Assembly (NCBI GenBank): GCA_023205875.1
Contig: CP060769.1
Location: 62,001 to 126,000 of the forward strand
Length of the DNA stretch: 64,000 nucleotides
Reading direction: 5' to 3'
Source of the DNA: Chloropicon primus
Lineage: Eukaryota
Notes under the pieces: generated by a model
Seen by the model: only the letters and a program-made list of their open reading frames with translations
What the model was told of the DNA's origin: nothing
Database searches by the model: none
Shown: positions 55,130 to 64,000 of the stretch, one piece after another
Layout of the letters: each line of letters starts with the position of its first letter
Position numbering within the stretch: the first letter of the stretch is position 1
Translations under genes and position numbers: made by a program

Positions 55130-56029
55130 TTGATGGCCACAACATTATCACCATCAACATCACCACCACGGGATGGAGCGTTGGAGGACGAGGATAGGGA
55201 AGGTGGAGATGGGAAGTGCACATCGTGCGGACGCCAACTCAAAGTAGCGTCGTGGACGATCTGCAACACGTGCGTGCAGACCAGGAAGCGCAAGAGGGTT
55301 ACGGACCAACGAGCTGAAGTGTTCCGAGGCCTGTGCAGTGCTTACTCGAACCAAGTGACTGACGAGCAGGTGAAGAAGCTTTTGGAAGATCCTGCGGTGG
55401 ACTTGGAGAAGGACGTGAGGAGCTTTGCATTCACGCAGAGGGTGGAGCACGCCATCGGCGAGGGACCAGAATTACGATACTTTGCTGGAGGTGATGGGGA
55501 AGGGGAAGGGGAGGCCAGCGCTGACCGGGGGGAAGGGGACAGTAGGGCACGGAGGCGAAGCGGGGACGAGACTCGCCTTTACGTTGGCTCACTACCTCTC
55601 AGCATGGCAGATGATGACCTGAAGGCTTTGTTCGAGGAGCACGGAACGGTGGAGGAGGCCAGCGTAGTGAGGGACCTAGGCGCATCGGGTGCGTCAAAGG
55701 GGTACGGTTTTGTGAAGATGGCCAACAAGGACGAGGCAAGGCTTGCGGTGGAGAGGCTGGACAACCAGGGCAGCAGCTTGGTGGTTCGACCCGCGGGGAA
55801 GAAGGGAGGGGGGGACACCGTGGTAGTTCCGTTCCCAAACGGGTGCATCAGACTCGTGCCGGAGCGACAGCAGATCGCGTTGGCCATAGAAGCAATGGCC
55901 AAAAAGCTGTTGGACGGCCAGCCCAACAGGTCTGCGCTGAACGGAATCTTCAACTGGAAGCTCTTGATTGCTCTCACCTTCATTTGCGAGGACCTGGTTG
56001 AACGCTCGACGAGGAACTCGAGCGTGTAA
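55130..56029 (+). CDS. RRM-domain RNA-binding protein with an N-terminal CxxC..CxxC
   Basis: RNP2 LYVGSL and RNP1 KGYGFVKM. Confidence 0.85.
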   Translation: MMATTLSPSTSPPRDGALEDEDREGGDGKCTSCGRQLKVASWTICNTCVQTRKRKRVTDQRAEVFRGLCSAYSNQVTDEQVKKLLEDPAVDLEKDVRSFAFTQRVEHAIGEGPELRYFAGGDGEGEGEASADRGEGDSRARRRSGDETRLYVGSLPLSMADDDLKALFEEHGTVEEASVVRDLGASGASKGYGFVKMANKDEARLAVERLDNQGSSLVVRPAGKKGGGDTVVVPFPNGCIRLVPERQQIALAIEAMAKKLLDGQPNRSALNGIFNWKLLIALTFICEDLVERSTRNSSV

Positions 56030-56077
56030 ATGCAAGGGGCACGACGCGTACTTCAAAGCAGAGAATAATTCTGTGAT

Positions 56078-57949
56078 TCAAAAGGTATCTTTCAAAAAGT
56101 AAGTATTCATCTTCTCTTTCCCCTTAACGACGACCCCCTTGCGAGGCTCCCACTCGAAGAGCTCATCGTCGCCATCGATCACCAGGTTATAGGTGGTTTG
56201 CGATATCTGCATTCTTCCTGGGATCGACGTGGACTCCATCCTCGAAGCGGTGTTCACCGTGTCCCCGTAGAGGCAAAACCTCGGCATCCGCCGCCCAACC
56301 ACGCCTGAGCAGACAGAACCGGTATGGACCCCGACTCGAATCTGACAGGGCTCGCCATTCGGCATCTGCTGGCACCGAGCTTCCTGCAGGGCTGAAACTC
56401 CAAAGTTGATCACGACTTTTGCTTCATCCCGCTTTCCTGTCGCTGAGCTCATGGACGAGGACAAGGACAGGACCAGCTGTTCCTTCCTCATTTGATTCAT
56501 CGAGTTTTCCTTGGCTTTCCGCTGCGCTCCTTTCGGATCCATGAGTATAAAAGTCCCTGTTCGCCCATAGCTCATGATGGTGGAGCTGTTGCCAGAATCT
56601 TCCAGCACGCGGCTGCTGCCCGTGTCCGAGCTTGCGATGACACTGTTTGAATCCGTATTTCTCGAGGAATCCATGTTCCTCGAGCACGTCTCTGAGGGAG
56701 AAAGCATCTCCACGACAACTCCGCTGCTCGAGCTTTCCCCGTCCTCCTCGATTCCAAGCCCCGCTGCCACCATGAAGGCATCGCCAACGGTCTCGACCTT
56801 CCACAGGTGGGATTCCAAGTCCACGAACTCGTCAAAGGCCGTGAAGAGATTGTTGAGGAAATGCATCACCTCGTAGGGCAGGGACTGCTGCGCCATAGCT
56901 GTAAAGCCCACTATGTCCGTGAATAGAATTGTGACCTCCTGATGCATTCTGGCCACCGTTCGTCCAAGAGCCAAGACGTCGCTCCTCGGCCCGACGCCAC
57001 TCTTATCCTCCTTGGCTCTATTGATCAAGTCCCTTGCGATCATCTTTGGAAAGATCGAGTATATCAGCTCCTCCTGGTCGTCTCTCTGCTTCACGAGCGA
57101 CAGCTCTTTCTGCCTAGTCAGAGCCTGAATGATCTTCTTGCTCTTGAAAGCGTCTCTCGCCGCCTTCTCCGATATCAGCCCAACGAGAATGATGATGAAG
57201 CCTATCATGCATGCAATCACAACTGGCGTGAGGTAGGTCACCTGGTATATCGAGACGCACTGGTCATTCCCGTAGCAGAAAGAGTTTGGATCTAAAGTGA
57301 GCAAGTGCTGGAAAATGTTCTCCCTACTCATCTTTGACCAAGCTCCGGTCGTCGCGGGGATGACCCCGATGAGAACTACGCATGCCAACCCCACAATTTC
57401 GACGACCAGGAGCAACGGCAGCTGCATGAAGAAGGTCGAAATGTACGGCGTGAGAATCCCAAAGCACAAGAATATAGACCACCCGCCCAAGCCAAACACG
57501 TTGTCAAAGTCGTTTATGGAGTACGTGAACCGCAAGCTTTCACTCAACGTGAAAACGAGGAAAACGACCTCGGAAATGCAGAAGACCACGCGCTTCTTCT
57601 TCATCCTTTTGGATTCGAACACGATTGTCGTGACCGCTAGACCCACGATGAAGAGTGCGAGATTCGTGCAGGTCGTCCCAAAATTCCTGGCGTAGAACCC
57701 CACCGGGTAGTTCGCCGTCTCGAAGAAATCCAAGTTGGCCAGCATGAAGATGAGGTCCGGGAAGATGATGAGCGCGATGCAGCACAGGTAGCCTATGTAG
57801 ATCCTGCTCTTGCTCGCAACGCTCAGGTACTCCCTGAACTCTGACTCGAGGTTTCGGTCTCGAAAACCGACGGTACAACAAAAGTACTCCTTCGGGGCAT
57901 ACTCCTTCGAGGCGAGCTGGAGATCCTGGCACGCTCTATTGCTGCCCAT
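56078..57949 (-). CDS. Membrane class III nucleotidyl cyclase with guanylyl-type residues
   Basis: About six TM helices; LFTDIVGFT, KVETVGD and RFCLYGDTVNTASRMES motifs. Confidence 0.92.
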   Translation of the reverse strand: MGSNRACQDLQLASKEYAPKEYFCCTVGFRDRNLESEFREYLSVASKSRIYIGYLCCIALIIFPDLIFMLANLDFFETANYPVGFYARNFGTTCTNLALFIVGLAVTTIVFESKRMKKKRVVFCISEVVFLVFTLSESLRFTYSINDFDNVFGLGGWSIFLCFGILTPYISTFFMQLPLLLVVEIVGLACVVLIGVIPATTGAWSKMSRENIFQHLLTLDPNSFCYGNDQCVSIYQVTYLTPVVIACMIGFIIILVGLISEKAARDAFKSKKIIQALTRQKELSLVKQRDDQEELIYSIFPKMIARDLINRAKEDKSGVGPRSDVLALGRTVARMHQEVTILFTDIVGFTAMAQQSLPYEVMHFLNNLFTAFDEFVDLESHLWKVETVGDAFMVAAGLGIEEDGESSSSGVVVEMLSPSETCSRNMDSSRNTDSNSVIASSDTGSSRVLEDSGNSSTIMSYGRTGTFILMDPKGAQRKAKENSMNQMRKEQLVLSLSSSMSSATGKRDEAKVVINFGVSALQEARCQQMPNGEPCQIRVGVHTGSVCSGVVGRRMPRFCLYGDTVNTASRMESTSIPGRMQISQTTYNLVIDGDDELFEWEPRKGVVVKGKEKMNTYFLKDTF

Positions 57950-58974
57950 CAGGTCTTGGCTGGACGACCGCGAAACACGGATTGCAATGCAAAGTCAGGA
58001 GCCGAGCCGAGGGGGTCTGCTTGTGGCGAGTCTCTCGGGGTTACTTACTCGAAGAAGAAATCCTCGTCGTGGAGCCACCTTGTGACGAAGTCCGAAGTCA
58101 TCAAGAGGTACGCCATGGCACCACCCCTCTTGCGCCGCGGAGGGCCTTGCGCTGCGTGTGCGTGTGCAGATGAGGACAGAGCAAACGAGAAGCTTGTGAG
58201 TTTCCAGAACGCACCGGTGCTCACGGTTCGGTCCTTACCTTTCAAGAAAAGAACAACAACAAAAAGAAAACCCCGGGCTGGTCGTGGAAACGAAGAAACC
58301 GCAGGTCCAGGCAGTTCCTTTCTCCCGTCGTTCGAGCGGCGTCGGGGTCAACGCTGGGCCTGCTTCACGGGCCAAGTGACGCGCAGCTCGCAGAACCCGT
58401 CTGACCACAACCACCTTTCCCCTTGTAACGCCGCCCGAGTGGGCCCTCTTGCAAAACCCAAAACCAGAGCCGAGGGAGGGCCGCTCCGGAAGCCAGACGG
58501 ATCGCCAGAAAGCTCACGAGGTCTGCTCTCGTGAAAAGACCCTCTCCGGACCTCTGCCGTGCCGTCGTTCCCTCCTCTTACTCTTCGCCTTCGCTCCGCC
58601 TTCTGCCGTTACGAACACGCCGGTCTCCGACCCTCATAGCTCGATTTCGATTTTTCGATTGAGTGGTGTCCTGATCCCGCGGACAAGATTGGGAGGGAAG
58701 GTGCCCAAGGAGCAAAGGTGAGTGGGTTTGGGACAGGACATGGACGAGGAGGACGTTGAATCACGCAGTGGGTCGGGTTGTGGTCGATACTATCGCCTCT
58801 TTCTCTTTCGACAGACCCCTCTCTAGAAAGATTTCGGAACGTGGTGAAGATGAAACGACTGAAAGAGTGAGCTTGCTTGCCTGCTGGCTATTGTGTGTGT
58901 GTGTGTGTGTTTCCTTGGCAGGCCAGGGCTTGGCTTGTGGCCTGGCCGGGGGAAGAGGGCGAGGAGAGGCCGTC

Positions 58975-61086
58975 ATGGACGTGAGGAAGCAGAATTTCGA
59001 AGGCAAGCACGCGAGGAAGTCCCTTCCGGAGCAGCCAAGCATGTCGCTGAAGGGGAGTTATTACGGCGTCGCAGGAGAGCTCACGGAAGCTATGGGCCTG
59101 GCCGGCCTTCGAAGCTGCAAGACAGCTTTGGACGAGGGTCTCATCTCGCTGGAGGAGTACAATAAGGCCAAAGGCACGTTCCTGGAGGCCCAGCAGTCCC
59201 AGATCAAGCAAGAGGTCGAGGCTTCGATAGTGCTGAAGAAGAAGATGCTGGAGCACGAGGAGAAGATGCTGGAGCACGAGGAGAACCTTCTGATCGAGGG
59301 CCGAGGCCTTGCCATGGACCTGGAGAGCCTTGGGAAGGAGGAGACGCTTCCGCTGCAGATAGAGAGCGCCGAGGCCGTGGAGACTCGAAGGAAGGACGAG
59401 GTTGAGCGGCGGAAAGAGAAGGAGAGGGACAAGGCCAGGGAGATGCAGGTGATTCAGAATTGGTGCAACACGGAGAGGACCAAGCAGAGGCAAGGCAAGG
59501 CGATCGGCGCCATGGACGGCCTTTGGTCCCCGAAGCCGCAGGACAGCAACAAGAGGAAGCCTGACTCAGACGTCAGAGAGTCTTGGGACGACGTTCGCAA
59601 CGAGATCTTGAACTTCTACCCTTCGCCCTCGGCGGACATCTCGGAGAAGAGGGCGAGGTTCATGGCGGAGAAGGGGAAGCAGATCAAACAGATTCCCTCG
59701 ACAAGCGAGCAGATGGGCAGCCGGCCGAGCAAGGAGCACAACGAGGGCAACGGCCGCGAGGACGATCAACTCGAGAAGAAGAAGAAGCTCCCGTTGATGT
59801 CCAAGCCCTCGAAGATGACAAGAATGGAGTGGGCGTTGTCTCTCGTTGGGAGGCGTATCGAAGTCCTTTGGAAAGTCACCAGCGGTCCGTATCGATGGCA
59901 GTACTACATGGGCACTGTTGTCAGCTACTCCAAGAGGATGAAGAAGCACAGGGTGAGGTACGACGACAACGATGTGAGCTACGTGGATCTGAACCCCACG
60001 AAGGCCACCATTTACAATCTCCTTCCTGCGAGCGAGATGATAGGGAAGAGGCTGGAGATCCTCTTCGACGATCCACCATCCTATTACATCGCAACCGTAA
60101 CTGCTCACAAGGGCAAGTCCACGTACCAAGTCCGTTACGACGACGATCAGGAGTGCGACGAGGTGGACTTGATCGACATGACGACAAAGTATAGAATTCT
60201 GTCGGACCCTTCGAGGCCCGAATACGATGAGGACGAAGCCCCGACCCAGGCAAACGGGGAGGTGGAGAAGCAGGAGAACACCGCGGAGCCTAAGAAGAGG
60301 TACTTTCAGCCGGGTTACGACCTGCAGCCGAAACACAAGGACTACCACGCGTCTTGTCCGAGGTGCGAGATCAAATTTTCTAGCCGAGAGGACAAGAGCA
60401 ATCACACCAAGGAGGAATGCGACGAGCAGATGGAGTCCAAGAAACAGAACTTGGTCTACAACCTGCCCAAGCGAATATGGGGCTACATCCTGGAGCACCT
60501 CAAGGAGGACGACCTCTTTCCCTTCGCGATGACTTGCCGGTACTTCAGGCGAATGCAGAGGTTCCTGACTCAAAAGAGGAAGAAGGGGAAGCTCAAACTC
60601 AGGACCAACTTGTCTCGAGCTTTGGGATGCGGGAAGCAACCCAAGACGATGTGGACTACCGGGTACCTCAAGTGGCTCTACCGCGGCACGGGCGACAAGA
60701 GCGAGGAGGCCGTGAACAAGAGGAAGTTTGCGATCATAAATTTCGCGGCCCGGGAGGGGCATGTCGACCTCTTCCATTGGCTGGCGAAGCAGAAGGGGGA
60801 GGAGAAGGCACAACCACCTTGGGGCAAGCTGACGTGTGCCCACGCAGCGTGGGGGGGGCACCTTCGCGTGCTCAAGGTTCTGAGAGAGCATGGGTGCCCT
60901 TGGGACGAGGAGACTTGTTCTTCCGCGGCTGGCGGGGGGCACCTCGAAGTTTTGCAGTGGGCGAGAAAGCAGGCTTGCCCTTGGGATTATTGGTCCTGCT
61001 ACTACGCTGCTCAGACGACCAAGTTGAGGGGGCAGGGGGAAGTCGCAAAGTGGGTTTCCCTCCAATTGCAGGGGCCGCAAAAGTAA
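58975..61086 (+). CDS. Multidomain protein: tandem Tudor-like domains, C2H/C finger, F-box-like motif and ankyrin-like repeats
   Basis: LVGRRIEVLW..HRVRYDD twice; LPKRIWGYILEHL..LFPFAMTCRYF; AAxGGHLEVLQWAR..CPWD. Confidence 0.8.
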   Translation: MDVRKQNFEGKHARKSLPEQPSMSLKGSYYGVAGELTEAMGLAGLRSCKTALDEGLISLEEYNKAKGTFLEAQQSQIKQEVEASIVLKKKMLEHEEKMLEHEENLLIEGRGLAMDLESLGKEETLPLQIESAEAVETRRKDEVERRKEKERDKAREMQVIQNWCNTERTKQRQGKAIGAMDGLWSPKPQDSNKRKPDSDVRESWDDVRNEILNFYPSPSADISEKRARFMAEKGKQIKQIPSTSEQMGSRPSKEHNEGNGREDDQLEKKKKLPLMSKPSKMTRMEWALSLVGRRIEVLWKVTSGPYRWQYYMGTVVSYSKRMKKHRVRYDDNDVSYVDLNPTKATIYNLLPASEMIGKRLEILFDDPPSYYIATVTAHKGKSTYQVRYDDDQECDEVDLIDMTTKYRILSDPSRPEYDEDEAPTQANGEVEKQENTAEPKKRYFQPGYDLQPKHKDYHASCPRCEIKFSSREDKSNHTKEECDEQMESKKQNLVYNLPKRIWGYILEHLKEDDLFPFAMTCRYFRRMQRFLTQKRKKGKLKLRTNLSRALGCGKQPKTMWTTGYLKWLYRGTGDKSEEAVNKRKFAIINFAAREGHVDLFHWLAKQKGEEKAQPPWGKLTCAHAAWGGHLRVLKVLREHGCPWDEETCSSAAGGGHLEVLQWARKQACPWDYWSCYYAAQTTKLRGQGEVAKWVSLQLQGPQK

Positions 61087-61179
61087 CCGCGTGTCCTTTG
61101 TGAACTTGACACAAAAAGATTTTACAGTTTCTCTCTTACATCTTCACTTCCACAAACGAGGCAATTGGTCTTTCACCGC

Positions 61180-62856
61180 TCACCGGTCCCCGCTCAAAGT
61201 CAGTTTCATCTGGGAGGCGAACAAGAAAGTCGCCGCGTTCACGTCGAGACAGGTAGTGGCATTGCGGCTGACAGGCGAGTAGATCAAGTTCTTCACGGGC
61301 GTGTAGTCGTTGCGTTGTCTTTCGAGCTTCTTCGCAAAGTCGTGCTGAAGCATGCTGCTAGGCGTCGTGTAGCTCCTCGTGCTCCTCTTCAAAAACTCGC
61401 TCGCTGGCGTCAGGGACGACCCTCTCGACTCCCCGATGCTTCGCCAAACCTTCTTTTGCGTCCTGTTCCTCAGCCTTTGGACGCTTTTGCGAACAGCTGG
61501 CGTGGTTTGGCACTGGCTTGCTGCCGGCGCTGACCCCCCCTCCCCGGTGATCTCGCTGTCCTCCATCTCCAGCAGCGACTGGACTGCGACTGGACTGACT
61601 CCCGCACTGATTGCCACGGAAGACGACACGTACCTCCCCCTGCTCTGCAAGTACGTGATGGCGCGACTGCAGATCGTAGTCAGAGCTTCCTCGTTGACCT
61701 TCTGCCCGCACAACTCGCAGGCAAGGGAACCGATTGTCGGTGGGTCCATCACCGAGACGGGCGACATCTTGGAGACCAACTTGAGGTCCTCCCCCACTCC
61801 TTGGGCTCCTCCGCCCGCGTCCCTCGACGACGGATCAGCAGCAGCGGCACCCTCTGCGGCACCCTCGGCCCCTTCTTCTTGCTCCTGACAAGGGTGGCTC
61901 GCGATATCTTCGGCTCCCACGGGGAAGGACAGCTTGCTCCTCACTTCCCTCCTCATTCGACTCGACTTTGACTCGGCTGACTGGGATGCAGAGGCGTTTT
62001 CGTCATTCGCACCGCACGACCCAGCTTCTTCCGCGCTCCGAAACCCGACTTGGTCGGCTTTAGCACCCACGGGCCGCAGTGGCAGACCTTCCCTCATCGG
62101 CGAGGGCTCCGGCGGTGGGCTAGGCCTCATTACTCCCCCTGGCATCCTCCTCCTCGGCGTCTCGTAGTACGCCTTGGCGTTCTTGTCCTGAACCTGATTC
62201 TTCGTCCTGAGAACTCGGAGCCTCCTGACACGCATGGCAGGGGACGGCTGGTGCGACACACTCCGCACGAAGCAGTCTCCCTTCTTGGGGCTCGTGCTCG
62301 GGGGCCTCACCGCCTCCTCCACCACCGAGGCCTTGCGCTCCTCGAAGTGCGTGAACAGCCCTGCGAGTGGGAAAGCGGAACAGAGGAGGAAAATGAAACG
62401 TGCAGAGGTCAGCGGATAGGCCAGCGGACGCGGTGATACCATGGCTCGGAACTTACCGTGCTTGTTGTCTCTAATGATCTCTGGACTGATGAAGGAGAGC
62501 TTGCTGCGAGTTTGCTTCCGGCCAGAAACCACCCTGGACGATGCCTTGAAGTTGTTCTTCACGATCTGAGCTTGAGGAGTCTTCGGACTTCTCGGAATCT
62601 CCCTCTTGGGCAACGCGGGAAGGCTCGAAGGATCCCAAGATGCCATCTTGGAGGCAGTACCAGTACAAGTACCACCGTGAAGTTGTTGCTGCTGCTTGCG
62701 TTGTTGTCGTGTGGAGGTGGAGTCCTCCTCATCCGTCGCGGTGGTGCAATTCCCTCCGATGGTGTCCATGGAGCTTTGTGCGGCGAGCTGCCTCAACCAT
62801 GGAGAATTGGTTTCCATCCTCGTTCTCCTCGTCGTGTTGCTCTGTTGGTCTCTCAT
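61180..62856 (-). CDS. Hypothetical protein with a probable in-frame intron at 62361-62456
   Basis: Long ORF containing a 96-bp gtaagt...ttcccactcgcag segment. Confidence 0.65.
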   Translation of the reverse strand: MRDQQSNTTRRTRMETNSPWLRQLAAQSSMDTIGGNCTTATDEEDSTSTRQQRKQQQQLHGGTCTGTASKMASWDPSSLPALPKREIPRSPKTPQAQIVKNNFKASSRVVSGRKQTRSKLSFISPEIIRDNKHGKFRAMVSPRPLAYPLTSARFIFLLCSAFPLAGLFTHFEERKASVVEEAVRPPSTSPKKGDCFVRSVSHQPSPAMRVRRLRVLRTKNQVQDKNAKAYYETPRRRMPGGVMRPSPPPEPSPMREGLPLRPVGAKADQVGFRSAEEAGSCGANDENASASQSAESKSSRMRREVRSKLSFPVGAEDIASHPCQEQEEGAEGAAEGAAAADPSSRDAGGGAQGVGEDLKLVSKMSPVSVMDPPTIGSLACELCGQKVNEEALTTICSRAITYLQSRGRYVSSSVAISAGVSPVAVQSLLEMEDSEITGEGGSAPAASQCQTTPAVRKSVQRLRNRTQKKVWRSIGESRGSSLTPASEFLKRSTRSYTTPSSMLQHDFAKKLERQRNDYTPVKNLIYSPVSRNATTCLDVNAATFLFASQMKLTLSGDR

Positions 62857-62889
62857 CTGTTGGCTCTCATTTTAAATCATGAATCAAAA

Positions 62890-62912
62890 ACCTAAAACCC
62901 TAAAAACCCTAA
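62890..62912. promoter_or_regulatory. Telo-box-like AAACCCTA motifs in a divergent promoter region
   Basis: cctaaaaccctaaaaaccctaa upstream of RRP40. Confidence 0.4.
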
Positions 62913-62935
62913 TAGTCAATGTCAAAGGAGGAAGG

Positions 62936-63377
62936 GGCGATCGCGGGCTTGGAGGACGAGGAGGTGACTTTGCGTTCCTCGATCCCGCCCCTGCGTCCAC
63001 CATTGTCCCGTCTTGGCCCTCCCTCGAGAGAGACCCGACCCTCTGGAGCTCTGGATTGAAACGGAGGCCGGAAAGGTCGATGTCACAAAGGAGGAAGGAA
63101 GGGGCTGAGATCGGCGATCGCGGGCTTGGAGGACGAGGAGGTGACTTTGCGTTCCTCGATCCCTCCCCTGCGTCCACCATTGTCCCGTCTTGGCCTTCCC
63201 TCGAGAGAGACCCGACCCTCTGGAGCTCTGGATTGAAACGGAGGCCGGAAAGGTCGATGTCACAAAGGAGGAAGGAAGGGGCTGAGATCGGCGATCGCGG
63301 GCTTGGAGGACGAGGAGGTGACTTTGCGTTCCTCGATCCCTCCCCTGCGTCCACCATTGTCCCGTCTTGGCCTTCCC
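62936..63377. repeat. 177-bp tandem repeat, 2.5 copies
   Basis: Units start at 62936, 63113 and 63290 and are nearly identical. Confidence 0.95.
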
Positions 63378-63464
63378 AATGTCCCACTCCCCGTCTTGGC
63401 CAAGAGCGCCCTCAAGAGAGGCCACGGAAATTTGTCCAAAGGAGGAAGGGGCTTGAGATCGACG

Positions 63465-64000
63465 ATGGCGATGAGCACGGCGGCGGACGGGGGAGGGCCG
63501 AGGAGGTGCGTGCCGGGTGAGGTGGTGGCACAAGTACCTCGAGAGGAACCGGTGACGACGACGGTTCGCCTTGGTAGCGGAACAACGCAAGAGAAAGCAG
63601 ACGGGAAGACCATCCTCATCAGAACGACCAAGGCAGGAGTGCTGAGGCAGACAGGGAAAGCGGCCTCGAAGCGCTACTGGGTGGAGACGAGGCATCAGAG
63701 GTACGTGCCGACAATGGAGGACCTCGTCGTGGGAATCGTATTGGACTGCCACGGTGAGAATTACTCGGTGGACATCGGTGGGCCACAGCATGCTCTACTC
63801 CCGATCCTGGACTTCACCGGTGCCACGAGGAGGAACAGACCCATGCTCGGTTACGGCGATGTGGTGTACGCAAGCGTCTCGCTTGCCGACAGGGACATTG
63901 ACCCCATGGTCACCTGCGTGGAGAAGAACTCGAATCGATCCAAGGGTCTGGGGCCACTCAAGGGGGGCTACGTCGTCAAGGTGGCCACCGGTTTCTCTCG
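63465..64000 (+). CDS. RRP40: Exosome component Rrp40 (partial, runs off the window)
   Basis: VPGE..VRLGSG...RYVPTMEDLVVGIV...VDIGG...FTGATRRNRPML..GDVVYA. Confidence 0.9.
   Translation, partial: MAMSTAADGGGPRRCVPGEVVAQVPREEPVTTTVRLGSGTTQEKADGKTILIRTTKAGVLRQTGKAASKRYWVETRHQRYVPTMEDLVVGIVLDCHGENYSVDIGGPQHALLPILDFTGATRRNRPMLGYGDVVYASVSLADRDIDPMVTCVEKNSNRSKGLGPLKGGYVVKVATGFS

Noticed and set aside
62936..63377. Possible CRISPR-like array (also 385-750 and 8581-8687)
   Set aside because: These are tandem or low-copy duplications without a series of unique spacers, and no cas genes are present.

Overview
This window is compact, GC-rich eukaryotic nuclear DNA with few, short introns. The gene set (plastid L15, Toc64-like, ciliary genes, F-box/ankyrin chimera) fits a picoplanktonic green alga, possibly Chloropicon-like; that assignment is inference. 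From about 9.1 kb to 64 kb it is ordinary, densely packed housekeeping genes: mitochondrial EF-G, TIM22, proteasome beta-2, zeta-COP, VPS54, PEX16, LETM1, kinesin-2, RRP40 and others. The first 9 kb is accessory DNA lying between two copies of an intron-containing tRNA-Met(CAT) locus. Its most striking part is a ~3.5-kb candidate integrative element (5393-8874) abutting the tRNA 3' end. This element encodes a long reading frame, broken by -1 shifts at homopolymers, with two tandem serine-recombinase (resolvase-type) catalytic domains and a Cys-rich C-terminus. It is bounded by a candidate 8-bp core repeat (GATGTGCC) that overlaps the tRNA terminus, and it has repeat- and hairpin-rich ends. Next to it is a mosaic of gene fragments: a Fanzor/TnpB 3' end with a putative omega-RNA, Ty3/Gypsy RT, a PKS ketosynthase, a MutS2 KOW-like piece and an SLT transglycosylase. 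All family assignments come from motif recognition by eye; no searches were run.
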